Positions 29,487 to 38,937 of a stretch of DNA of 64,000 nucleotides are shown piece after piece. Within the stretch, counting starts at the first letter, position 1. Every line of letters starts with the position of its first letter. The position numbers and the translations under genes are program-made. Source of the stretch: Hyphococcus sp. Lineage in GTDB: Bacteria > Pseudomonadota > Alphaproteobacteria > Caulobacterales > Parvularculaceae. Below the pieces are notes generated by a model, which saw nothing but the letters and a program-made list of their open reading frames with translations, was not told where the DNA came from and did not search any database. The DNA is taken from NCBI GenBank assembly GCA_028281665.1, contig JANQJK010000004.1, forward strand, positions 65,165 through 129,164, in the 5' to 3' direction.

Positions 29487-29726
29487 ATGAGCGATCCCGT
29501 AATTTCTCAAAAAGCGCCAATTCCGGTCGAGGTGGAGGAGGGAAAGAGTTATTTCTGGTGCGCCTGCGGCAAATCGCAGACGCAGCCTTTCTGCGACGGC
29601 GCGCACAAGGGGACGGACTTTGCGCCGGTCAAATGGACCGCCGACGCCTCGAAGAAGGTCTTCTTCTGCGCCTGCAAGCACACTGGCGGTCAGCCCCTGT
29701 GCGACGGCGCCCATAATAAGCTCTGA
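29487..29726 (+). CDS. CDGSH-type iron-sulfur domain protein (two CDGSH motifs)
   Basis: 79 aa. Contains CACGKSQTQPFCDGAHK and CACKHTGGQPLCDGAHN. Confidence 0.85.
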   Translation: MSDPVISQKAPIPVEVEEGKSYFWCACGKSQTQPFCDGAHKGTDFAPVKWTADASKKVFFCACKHTGGQPLCDGAHNKL

Positions 29727-29778
29727 GGCGCTCGCCGCCTATTGCGGAGGTGATGGACGCCCCCTAGAACCCGCGCTC

Positions 29779-31890
29779 ATGTCTGAGCTTTTGCTGGAAC
29801 TTTTCTCTGAAGAAATCCCCGCGCGGATGCAGGCCCGCGCCGCGGACGACCTTGCGCGCGCGGTAAACAAGGCGCTCCTTGACGAGGGGTTTATGCCGGA
29901 GGGCGTCAAGGGCTTTGCGGGGCCTCGCCGCCTGACCTGCGTTGTCGCCGGCCTGCCGGCGCGCCAGCCGGAGCGGCGCGAGGAAAAGAAGGGCCCCCGC
30001 GTCGGCGCGCCCGAAAAGGCGGTCGCAGGCTTTCTGAAATCGGCGGGGCTTTCTTCCCTCGACGAGTGCGAGACGCGCTCCGACAAAAAGGGCGAGTACT
30101 ACGTCGCCGTTATCGAGCAGAAGGGCCGCGAGACGGCGGCCGTCATCGCCGAATTCATGCCGGAGATCATTCGCGATTTTTCCTGGCCGAAATCCATGCG
30201 CTGGTCGGACGGCGATTTGCGCTGGGTGCGCCCGCTTCACCGCATCCTCTGCGTTTTTGACGGAGAACCCGTGGCGTTCGACGTTGCCGGCGTCAGGGCG
30301 GGCGACGAAAGCGAAGGGCACCGCTTTCTGGCGCCCGGCGCGATCCAGACGCGCAGCTTTGACGACTACGCCGCGAAACTGCGCGAGGCCAAAGTTATTC
30401 TCGATGCGGATGAACGCAAAGACATCATTGCCGCGGACGCCGCCACCCTGTGCAAGGCGCAGGGGCTGGAACTTGTCGACGATCCGGGCCTGCTGAACGA
30501 AGTCGCCGGCCTCGCCGAATGGCCCGTGGCGCTGATGGGGTCGTTCGACGAGAAGTTTCTAAAACTGCCCGACGAAGTGCTGACCGCCTCCATGCGCGGA
30601 CACCAGAAGTACTTTTCCGTGAAAGACCCCAAGACGGGCCGCCTCGCCAACAAATTCGTATGCGTTGCCAATATAGAGGCGCCCGACGGCGGCGCAGCGA
30701 TGCGGCGGGGCTATGAGCGGGTGCTGACGGCGCGTCTTTCCGACGGGTGGTATCTTTACAATCAGGATTTGAAAAAGGGCCTCAAAAAGTCGGAAGAGCG
30801 GTTGAAGGAACTGACCTTCTTCAAAGGCGCTGGTGCTGACGATTCTGTGGCTGGAAAAGTCCGGCGAATAGGAAAATTGACGATGGCGGTAGGCGAAGAG
30901 CTTGGTTTCAAACGTGAGATCTCGCACCGGGCGAAGGAGGCAGCTTTTCTTGCTAAATCCGATCTAGTTACGGGAATGGTATTTGAGTTTCCCGAGTTGC
31001 AAGGGGCAATGGGCCGATACTACGCTTTAGAGCAAGGCGAACCAGAAGATATCGCCGACGCTATTAGAGATCACTACAAACCCGCTGGTCAAAATGACGA
31101 GATTCCGACAGTGCCTGTTAGTGTAATTGTGGCTCTCGCTGATAGGATTGATACACTTATTGCTTTTTGGGCGCTCAACAAAAAACCTACTGGATCAAGC
31201 GATCCGTTTGCATTGAGGCGGGCAGCATTAGGTGCAATTCAAATTCTCATCGACCAAGGCAGGAATTTTTCTCTTAGGAAGATTTTTCGAAAGGCTGATC
31301 TATTTCTGGCAATGCGAACAGAAGGATTACAGGGCCCAGGCCCAGAAATTTATGGAGAAGACCTCCTCGGATTCTTCCATGACCGCCTGAAAGTCTATCT
31401 CCGCGATAAAGGTCATCGCTATGATCACATCGATGCGGTGCTGACGGATGCGGATGGCGACCTGCAAGACGATCTTGTCTTGATTGTTCGAAAGCTCGAA
31501 GCCCTTGAAACTTTCTTGAAAACTGATCACGGAACAAATCTCGCTGCCGCCTACAAGCGCGCGGCGAATATTCTGAAGGCAGAGGAAAAGAAGGGTGCGC
31601 TGCCGAAGGCCTTGTCTGTCGACAAAGCCGCGCTTGATCAGCGGGAAGAAAAAGCCCTGTTCGCCGCGCTCGAAACCGCTGAAGCTAAAGCAACGAACGC
31701 GGTTTCCAACGAGAACTTCGAAGGCGCCATGGCTGCGCTCAGCGCATTGCGCGCGCCGCTCGATGCGTTCTTCGAAAACGTGACGGTCAATGCGGATGAC
31801 GAGGCGCTGCGCGCCAATCGTCTGGCGCTCTTGCAGCGCTTGATCGACGCGACCGCAAAAGTCGCCGACTTCTCCAAACTTGAAGGCTAG
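29779..31890 (+). CDS. glyS: Glycine--tRNA ligase beta subunit
   Basis: Trimmed to MSELLLELFSEEIPARMQ (ATG 29779). 703 aa. Contains EFPELQGAMGRYYA, DHYKP and DPFALRRAALG. Confidence 0.95.
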   Translation: MSELLLELFSEEIPARMQARAADDLARAVNKALLDEGFMPEGVKGFAGPRRLTCVVAGLPARQPERREEKKGPRVGAPEKAVAGFLKSAGLSSLDECETRSDKKGEYYVAVIEQKGRETAAVIAEFMPEIIRDFSWPKSMRWSDGDLRWVRPLHRILCVFDGEPVAFDVAGVRAGDESEGHRFLAPGAIQTRSFDDYAAKLREAKVILDADERKDIIAADAATLCKAQGLELVDDPGLLNEVAGLAEWPVALMGSFDEKFLKLPDEVLTASMRGHQKYFSVKDPKTGRLANKFVCVANIEAPDGGAAMRRGYERVLTARLSDGWYLYNQDLKKGLKKSEERLKELTFFKGAGADDSVAGKVRRIGKLTMAVGEELGFKREISHRAKEAAFLAKSDLVTGMVFEFPELQGAMGRYYALEQGEPEDIADAIRDHYKPAGQNDEIPTVPVSVIVALADRIDTLIAFWALNKKPTGSSDPFALRRAALGAIQILIDQGRNFSLRKIFRKADLFLAMRTEGLQGPGPEIYGEDLLGFFHDRLKVYLRDKGHRYDHIDAVLTDADGDLQDDLVLIVRKLEALETFLKTDHGTNLAAAYKRAANILKAEEKKGALPKALSVDKAALDQREEKALFAALETAEAKATNAVSNENFEGAMAALSALRAPLDAFFENVTVNADDEALRANRLALLQRLIDATAKVADFSKLEG

Positions 31891-32075
31891 CGCAGCCGCA
31901 CCCCAAAAACGGGAACGGGCGTAGCCCACACCCCAATAACCGTAAATTCTTCAACGAATCCCGCATTTGGTCGATACGTATCAACGGGTTCCCGGACGGC
32001 CCTATGATGGGCGGATGGTACATTTCATCAAACCGGCCCGTTCGCCCCTGGCGTTTCCGCCATCCGGCATATTCG

Positions 32076-32110
32076 AAAAAGCGGGACGCCGTGCAGTCGG
32101 CGCCCCGCTT
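32076..32110 (-). terminator. Rho-independent terminator of the EF-hand gene
   Basis: The minus strand reads AAGCGGGGCGCC-gactgcac-GGCGTCCCGCTTTTT, about 40 nt after the stop at 32152. Confidence 0.7.
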
Positions 32111-32151
32111 CTTGCAGTCATCGACTTATGCTTAGGCAGCCTTGCGCGGCG

Positions 32152-32394
32152 TTACTCTCGTGGTTCCGCGCTTGCGGATTTCCACGCTTGGAATTCCGCG
32201 CGCGAAAGCTCGCCTGAGCCGTCCACATCGGCGGCGGCGAATTCTTCCGCGCTGACGCCGGGCGCGGCCGACTGGATTTCCGCAAAGGAAAGTCCGCCGG
32301 AGCCGTCGGCGTCGAGCGTGCCGAAGTCTGCGGCGTGGGCGGCGAAGGAGACGAGCCCCGCCGAGGCGGCGAGAGCGATAAGGCGTCGGGACAT
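32152..32394 (-). CDS. Exported protein with a pair of EF-hand calcium-binding loops
   Basis: Trimmed to MSRRLIALAASAGLVSFAAHA (signal peptide). The loops are DADGSGGLSFAE and DVDGSGELSRAE. 80 aa. Confidence 0.75.
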   Translation of the reverse strand: MSRRLIALAASAGLVSFAAHAADFGTLDADGSGGLSFAEIQSAAPGVSAEEFAAADVDGSGELSRAEFQAWKSASAEPRE

Positions 32395-32576
32395 GTCGAG
32401 TTCCTTTCGAGGGTTGCTGAATATGCGCGCCGCAATGTGCGGTTCGTCCTCATCCCCTCGTCTTTTGCGCGTTCCGTCATTGCGTTGCGCAAGGCGACAC
32501 ATCGACCCTGCGACCGTAAAATTCAAATAAAATACGTGTAAGGATTAAAGCAAATTCACATTAACGCGCAGCAAGA

Positions 32577-34121
32577 CTACTCGTCTTCGTCGCGCCGCCG
32601 TCCGGCGCCAAGCAACCGCGCCACAAGAGAAACGCGCTGCGGAACTGGCGTATCCTTGAAGCCGGCGGCGCGTTCCGCGCTCGGGAAAAAGAGGTAAGCC
32701 AGCATGAGAACATAAGCCGCATAGTCCCAGGCGAAGGCGAGGGCCCAGATGTCCGAGAATATGTTGGCGTTTTTTAACACGGCGTCGCGCGGCGTAATGG
32801 TCGAAAGGCTCGGGATGAATTCGGCCTTTACGACTTCGATGCGGCGCGAGACGCGTTCCTGCTCGACCGGTTCTTCCTTTGGCGAGAAGACTTCGTCGAA
32901 GATTTCAAGGCCCCGCGCCGGGTACAGCTCCGCGTAGGACTTGATCGGCACCGGCGGCTTGGCGAGCTTCTGGCTGCGCACAAGCGAACCGAGCGCTGAT
33001 TCCACATCGTCGGCGTAGCGGTCGATGGCGTCGGACTGGGCCTGCGTCATGCGCGCGCCCACGGGCTTCGGATTGGCGCGATAGAAATTGTCGAGCTGGG
33101 CGTCGACAAAGTCTTCGATGCGTCGGTCCTGGCGCCAGCGATTGAGGATGGAGGCGAAATCGTTGAACGTCGTCTCGAATTCCCGCGCCCAGAGATCGTA
33201 ATTGTCGTGGGCGTTGCGGCTCAGGAGCGTCTTTAACTCGTCGACGCGATCGGCGCAGATTGCCGGGTCGTAAGGATCGGCGCCGGAAGGGTCATCGCCT
33301 TCAATGAGTTCAGCAACGTTGTCGCCAAGGGAGACGTACCATTCCGCAAGCCCGTCGAAATAGTCGGAGACAGCGCCGTCGCCGGCGGCCCCGGACTGCG
33401 CGCCGGACTCGCGTTCGTTGCGCGCCACGCGGCTCAAGTCGCGTACGGAAATGCGAAGGTCCTGCAGGAACAGGAAGTCCCGCTGCCGGTAACTCGTGAT
33501 GCCCGCGCATTCCCCCTGCAGCCGGTCGACCTCATAAAGATAGGTGTGGCGCACGGCGTCGACGCCGCCCATGCCGACCACCGTCGTCCATGTGGAGACG
33601 AAGAACAGAATAACCCCGAGGATGGGGATGACCACGAACAGTTTCAGGAGGCGCTCAAGAAAGAACAGGAAGTCGCCCGCCGCGCTCTGCGCCATATCGC
33701 GAAACCAGTCGCGGTGACGCACAAGCTCCGCGCCGCCGACCCATATCGCCACCGCCAGGAAGAACACGAAATACCCGAAGGCTGGCGGCAAAATTGTATT
33801 GCGCAGGAAATCTTCGTTTTCCTGAGACGTAATCAGTGCGAAACCGATGGCGGAACTGACGGCGCTGAAAAACCCCGATGAGACCGCGACGACAATGAAA
33901 AGCCGGTTGAAAAGCGACGAGCCGCGCAGCCGGCTGGAGGTCAGGATCGATCCGACCAGCACGCTCATAATGATGATCACGACGCCGACGGCGCCGATGG
34001 CCGGCAGATCGCTGACGGAAATGTTCAGGCTGTCCTGCGCCTGCGCGGGCGCCGCCGCCAACGCCGCAAGCGCGCCCGCAGCGCATCCGATCGCTCCATG
34101 AACGGCTGTTCGCCCCGCCAT
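32577..34121 (-). CDS. Large membrane protein of unknown function (4 N-terminal TM, ~280-aa soluble domain, 1 C-terminal TM)
   Basis: Trimmed to MAGRTAVHGAIGCAAGALAALAAAPAQAQ (ATG 34121, G-rich SD). 514 aa. Composition looks coding. I recognise no family. Confidence 0.6.
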   Translation of the reverse strand: MAGRTAVHGAIGCAAGALAALAAAPAQAQDSLNISVSDLPAIGAVGVVIIIMSVLVGSILTSSRLRGSSLFNRLFIVVAVSSGFFSAVSSAIGFALITSQENEDFLRNTILPPAFGYFVFFLAVAIWVGGAELVRHRDWFRDMAQSAAGDFLFFLERLLKLFVVIPILGVILFFVSTWTTVVGMGGVDAVRHTYLYEVDRLQGECAGITSYRQRDFLFLQDLRISVRDLSRVARNERESGAQSGAAGDGAVSDYFDGLAEWYVSLGDNVAELIEGDDPSGADPYDPAICADRVDELKTLLSRNAHDNYDLWAREFETTFNDFASILNRWRQDRRIEDFVDAQLDNFYRANPKPVGARMTQAQSDAIDRYADDVESALGSLVRSQKLAKPPVPIKSYAELYPARGLEIFDEVFSPKEEPVEQERVSRRIEVVKAEFIPSLSTITPRDAVLKNANIFSDIWALAFAWDYAAYVLMLAYLFFPSAERAAGFKDTPVPQRVSLVARLLGAGRRRDEDE

Positions 34122-34393
34122 ACCCCCCGCCTGCCGCCTTTCTGGCGGCTTCCCGACAGCGGCGCCATGCCCGAGAGCGCCCCATGGGCGGCACCGTAGC
34201 ACGGGGCGCGCCGGTGTCGAGAAGCGCCCTTGTGGAAAACCCCAAAAACCGACCGGTTTTTGTTCGCAGATGCGGCAATTTCCGTCTTGGCGCGGGTTCC
34301 CCGGCGCCCTATGCCAATGCGCCGAAAACATAGCTTTGAACATGCGGCGGCGCGCTTGTTGCGCCCCGGAACAATCGACGCGAGCGAGGAAAC

Positions 34394-37060
34394 ATGGCGG
34401 GCGGGAATTGGGTTTACAGCTTCGGCGCCGGCGCCGTCGGGGGCGACGCGTCGATGAAGAATCTGCTTGGCGGCAAGGGCGCCAACCTGGCGGAGATGGC
34501 GAGCCTCGGCCTGCCGGTGCCGCCCGGATTTACGATTACGACCGAGGTCTGCACCGCATTCTACGACAACAACCGGAATTTTCCCGACGGGCTGAAAGGG
34601 GAAGTAGATGCGGCGCTGGAAAAAGTCGGCGCCGCCGTCGACCGCCGCTTCGGAGACGCCAACAAACCGCTTCTCGTCTCGGTTCGGTCCGGCGCGCGCG
34701 CATCCATGCCGGGCATGATGGATACGGTGCTCAATCTCGGGCTGAACGATGAAACCGTGGCGGGCCTCGCGGCGCTGGCGGGCGACGAACGGTTCGCCTT
34801 CGACAGTTATCGGCGTTTCATCCAGATGTATTCGGACGTTGTTCTCGAAGTCGAGCACCATGAATTCGAAGAAATCCTTGAAACCTACAAGGAAGAAAAC
34901 GATTTCCTTCTTGATACGGAGTTGTCGGCGAATGACTGGCGCCAGGTCATCGACGGCTATAAGAAAGTCGTTGAGACCAGTTGGGGCAAGCCGTTTCCGC
35001 AGGATCCGCAGGAACAGTTATGGGGCGCCATCGGCGCCGTGTTTTCGTCCTGGCGCAACGACCGGGCGAACACCTATCGCCGCCTGCACAACATTCCGGA
35101 GAGCTGGGGCACGGCGGTCAATGTTCAGGCCATGGTGTTCGGCAATATGGGCGAAACGTCCGCGACGGGCGTTGCGTTTACCCGCGATCCGTCGACGGGC
35201 GAGAACGAATATTACGGCGAATTTCTTATCAACGCCCAGGGCGAAGATGTGGTTGCCGGCATCAGAACGCCGCAGCCGCTGACGAAACGCGCAAAAGACG
35301 CCATGGGCGAAACGGCGCCGTCCCTCGAAGAGGCCATGCCCGCCGCTTATGAAGAACTGATCGCGGTTTTCGACAAGCTCGAAAACCATTACCGCGACAT
35401 GCAGGATATCGAGTTCACCATCCAGGACACCAAACTCTGGATGCTGCAAACCCGGAACGGCAAACGCACGGCGAAGGCGGCGCTGAAGATTGCCGTCGAC
35501 ATGTGCAATGACGGGCTGATTTCCGAAGAAGAAGCGGTGATGCGCGTCGATGCGCATTCCCTCGATCAGCTTCTGCATCCGACGCTCGATCCCGACGCGC
35601 CGCGCGACCAGTTGCTGACGGGCCTGCCGGCCTCGCCCGGCGCCGCTTCGGGCGAAGTTGTCTTTAACTCCGATGAGGCCGAGCGCCTCGCCCAGGAAGG
35701 CCGCAAAGTCATTCTGGTCCGGGTTGAGACGAGCCCGGAAGACATACACGGCATGCACGCGGCGCAGGCCATTGTCACCGCCCGCGGGGGCATGACGAGC
35801 CACGCTGCGGTGGTCGCGCGCGGCATGGGCCGGCCATGCGTCTGCGGCGCGGGCGAGCTGCGCATCGACAAAGAGGGCGGGCATTTCTCCGTCTCCGGCC
35901 GAACCGTGAACAAAGGCGATGTCGTCACCGTCGACGGCGGCGCGGGCAAAGTGTTCCTGGGCGCCGTGCCGACCCTGCAACCGGAACTCTCCGGCGATTT
36001 CGCAAGCCTCATGCAATGGGCCGACAAGGGCCGGCGCATGAAGGTGCGCGCCAACGCCGAGACGCCGCACGATGCGCAAGTCGCCCGCGACTTTGGCGCG
36101 GAGGGCATCGGTCTTTGCCGCACCGAGCACATGTTTTTTGACGCGGAGCGAATTATCGCGGTCCGCGAGATGATCCTTTCGGAAAACGAAGCCGGACGCC
36201 GCGCGGCGCTCGACAAGCTGCTGCCCATGCAGCGCTCGGACTTTGAGGAAATATTCAAGGTCATGGCGGGATTTCCCGTCACGGTCCGGCTGCTCGATCC
36301 GCCCCTTCACGAATTTCTGCCCCATTCCGACGACGAAATAGAAGAAGTCGCGAAAGCATCGGGCATGGATTCCGAAAAGCTGAAAGACCGCGCGCACAAG
36401 CTGCAGGAATTCAATCCGATGCTTGGCCATCGCGGGTGCCGTCTGGGCGTGTCCTATCCGGAAATCTACGAAATGCAGACACGGGCGATCATTGAGGCGG
36501 CATGCGCCGTCGCCAAAGAGACCGGCGACAAGGTCACGCCGGAGATTATGGTGCCGCTTGTTGCGAAGCGCGAAGAGCTTGCATTTCTGAAAGAGCGGAT
36601 CGACGCCGTTGCGTCCGCCGTTAAAGCGGAGAAGGGCGCCGATATCGACTATTTCGTCGGCACGATGATCGAACTGCCGCGCGCAGCGCTCACAGCGGAC
36701 GATATCGCCAATGATGCAGAGTTCTTTTCCTTCGGCACAAACGATCTGACCCAGACGACCTTCGGCCTCAGCCGCGACGATGCGGCGTCGTTTCTGCCGG
36801 ATTATCTGCGGCGCAACATCTTTGAGCGCGATCCGTTCGTTACGATCGACGAGGACGGCGTCGGGGCGCTGGTGGAGATCGCTGCGGAACGCGCCCGGAA
36901 AACACGGGCCGATATCAAGCTCGGGATTTGCGGCGAACATGGCGGCGACCCGGATTCGATCCGTTTCGTGGAGACGGTCGGGCTCGACTATGTGTCCTGT
37001 TCGCCATTCCGGACGCCCATCGCCCGGCTTGCTGCGGCGCAGGCAAGATTGGCGAAATAG
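34394..37060 (+). CDS. ppdK: Pyruvate, phosphate dikinase
   Basis: 888 aa. Contains LLGGKGANLAEM, the GGMTSHAAVVARG phosphohistidine loop and a C-terminal PEP-utilising TIM domain. Confidence 0.95.
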   Translation: MAGGNWVYSFGAGAVGGDASMKNLLGGKGANLAEMASLGLPVPPGFTITTEVCTAFYDNNRNFPDGLKGEVDAALEKVGAAVDRRFGDANKPLLVSVRSGARASMPGMMDTVLNLGLNDETVAGLAALAGDERFAFDSYRRFIQMYSDVVLEVEHHEFEEILETYKEENDFLLDTELSANDWRQVIDGYKKVVETSWGKPFPQDPQEQLWGAIGAVFSSWRNDRANTYRRLHNIPESWGTAVNVQAMVFGNMGETSATGVAFTRDPSTGENEYYGEFLINAQGEDVVAGIRTPQPLTKRAKDAMGETAPSLEEAMPAAYEELIAVFDKLENHYRDMQDIEFTIQDTKLWMLQTRNGKRTAKAALKIAVDMCNDGLISEEEAVMRVDAHSLDQLLHPTLDPDAPRDQLLTGLPASPGAASGEVVFNSDEAERLAQEGRKVILVRVETSPEDIHGMHAAQAIVTARGGMTSHAAVVARGMGRPCVCGAGELRIDKEGGHFSVSGRTVNKGDVVTVDGGAGKVFLGAVPTLQPELSGDFASLMQWADKGRRMKVRANAETPHDAQVARDFGAEGIGLCRTEHMFFDAERIIAVREMILSENEAGRRAALDKLLPMQRSDFEEIFKVMAGFPVTVRLLDPPLHEFLPHSDDEIEEVAKASGMDSEKLKDRAHKLQEFNPMLGHRGCRLGVSYPEIYEMQTRAIIEAACAVAKETGDKVTPEIMVPLVAKREELAFLKERIDAVASAVKAEKGADIDYFVGTMIELPRAALTADDIANDAEFFSFGTNDLTQTTFGLSRDDAASFLPDYLRRNIFERDPFVTIDEDGVGALVEIAAERARKTRADIKLGICGEHGGDPDSIRFVETVGLDYVSCSPFRTPIARLAAAQARLAK

Positions 37061-37274
37061 CAAGGCGCATCAGGGCGATAATTCGTTAACGGAAATGATC
37101 GCCCTCGATTATTGTAAACAATAACAGTTGCTTAGCTTGGGCTGACTGTTAATAACAAAGGCGTAATGCGGTCGAAATCCCATTGCGGACGGATTGCTGC
37201 GGCGCCATATACCGCCCGGCGCCGACGGTTGAGGCGCTGGTTGTGCGTTAAACTATCGGGGTGGTTCAGGTGGT

Positions 37275-38084
37275 ATGCTGAACTGCCTGAGGGAAATGGA
37301 TTGGGACGACTTGCCGAGAAAGTCCGAACATAACGCCCACGAGGTGAGCTGGACGCTGCGCAGCCTGATGGCTGCGGGTCTCCTCAGCGTATGCGCCGTC
37401 GCCACGGCGATGAGCGCGACAATCAACGCAGACCGCGCTGCGCAGGAGCGCGAAGCCGCGGCGGCCGTTGCGCGCGAGGCTGCCCTTGTGGCGGAGCTTG
37501 CGGAATATCTGGCGACAGAAACCGCCGCCACCCGCAACGCCCTGGCGGAACCGCGCCTGAAGCCCGCCAAGCCCGCGAGCGCCCTCGCGTCAATTGACGA
37601 TGCGGTGCTTAACCTTGCCGAGTTTGATTTTTCTTCCCTCAGCGACGCCCGCGAGGACGCCGCTGAACGAACGTGTCTTGCGCAGGCGATTTATTACGAG
37701 GCGCGGTCGGAAAAGCGGATCGGTCAGGTCGCTGTTGCCGACGTTGTGCTTAACCGCGTTGCAAGCCCACTTTACCCGGACACAATTTGCGGCGTTGTTT
37801 TTCAGGGGTCGGAGCGACGCACGGGTTGCCAGTTTTCGTTCACCTGCGACGGCGCCATGGATGCTCGTCTAAACAAACGCAAATGGGCGGCGTCCAAGGA
37901 ACTCGCCGGCGCCATCCTCGCCGGTCTTCGCGCGCCCGTAAGCCGCAACGCCACGCACTATCATGCGGATTACGTCAATCCTTATTGGGCGCCGCGCTTA
38001 ACGCCGACAGCGACGATCGGAACGCATAAATTTTATCGGTTCCCGAACCGGCGCATCAAGGAAGCCGCACCCGCGGCCATGTAG
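37275..38084 (+). CDS. SleB-type cell wall hydrolase
   Basis: 269 aa. Contains CLAQAIYYEARSE...VADVVLNRV...CQFSFTCDG...THYHADYVNPYWA. Confidence 0.8.
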   Translation: MLNCLREMDWDDLPRKSEHNAHEVSWTLRSLMAAGLLSVCAVATAMSATINADRAAQEREAAAAVAREAALVAELAEYLATETAATRNALAEPRLKPAKPASALASIDDAVLNLAEFDFSSLSDAREDAAERTCLAQAIYYEARSEKRIGQVAVADVVLNRVASPLYPDTICGVVFQGSERRTGCQFSFTCDGAMDARLNKRKWAASKELAGAILAGLRAPVSRNATHYHADYVNPYWAPRLTPTATIGTHKFYRFPNRRIKEAAPAAM

Positions 38085-38088
38085 GCCG

Positions 38089-38937
38089 CTAGGCGAAGTC
38101 GAGCCCGAGATCGAGGCTCGGCGCGGAATGGGTAATCCATCCAGACGATATGATATCGACGCCGGTCTCGGCGATGGCGCGAACCGTATCGACCGTGACA
38201 TTGCCTGACGCTTCGAGAATGGCGCGGCCGGCGGTTTTTTCAACGGCCTTATTCATATCGCCGGTCGACATGTTGTCGAGCATGATAATGTCCGCGCCGG
38301 CGCCGAGGGCGGCGTCCAACTGGTCGAGCCCGTCGATCTCGACTTCAATCTTTATCGTATGACCAACGGCCTCGCGCGCCGCGTTGACGGCGCTTTCGAT
38401 TCCGCCGACCGCCGCAATGTGGTTGTCCTTGATCATCACCGCATCATAAAGGCCGAAGCGATGATTGTGCCCTCCGCCGCAGCGCACGGCGTATTTCTCC
38501 AGCGCGCGCAGGCCCGGCGTTGTCTTGCGTGTACAGACGATCTTCGCGTCTGTTCCCTTTACGGTGTCCACGAGCGCCGCCGTTGCAGTGGCTATGCCGG
38601 ACAAATGACCGAGAAAGTTAAGGGCGACGCGTTCAGCGGAGAGGATTGAGCGCGAGCGGCCGCTGATCGCTAAAATTTCGTCGCCGGGCGCCAGGCGGTG
38701 GCCGTCCGATTTTTTTTGTTCGACGTTCAGCTCGTCATCGATGGCGCGAAAGCTATCAAGGGCGATGTCCATACCGGCGAGTACGCCGGGCTTGCGAGCG
38801 ACAATTGAAGCGGTCGATATGGCGTCGCCGGGAATCGTCGCCGCCGTCGTGATGTCGCCGGCGTCTCCCAGGTCTTCCGCGAACGCCTGCTTTACGGCTT
38901 GTTCGATTAGATGCTGCGGCAGGCGTTGAATGCTCAT
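38089..38937 (-). CDS. nadC: Nicotinate-nucleotide pyrophosphorylase (carboxylating)
   Basis: 282 aa. Its ATG forms an ATGA overlap with the nadB stop. Contains TRKTTPGLR, IKDNHI and IMLDNM. Confidence 0.9.
   Translation of the reverse strand: MSIQRLPQHLIEQAVKQAFAEDLGDAGDITTAATIPGDAISTASIVARKPGVLAGMDIALDSFRAIDDELNVEQKKSDGHRLAPGDEILAISGRSRSILSAERVALNFLGHLSGIATATAALVDTVKGTDAKIVCTRKTTPGLRALEKYAVRCGGGHNHRFGLYDAVMIKDNHIAAVGGIESAVNAAREAVGHTIKIEVEIDGLDQLDAALGAGADIIMLDNMSTGDMNKAVEKTAGRAILEASGNVTVDTVRAIAETGVDIISSGWITHSAPSLDLGLDFA

Noticed and set aside
35018-37063. 681-aa ORF antisense to ppdK (also 54102-56153 antisense to alaS, 28422-29714 antisense to mtgA and neighbours, and 58837-60120 antisense to recQ)
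   Set aside because: The opposite strand encodes unmistakable conserved proteins in every case. The antisense translations are Arg-rich low-information sequence.
37061-37274. Hairpins after ppdK (AGGGCGAT...ATCGCCCT and TAACAGT...ACTGTTA)
   Set aside because: The loops are long (16-20 nt) and no T-run follows. They are too weak to call a terminator or a structured RNA by eye.
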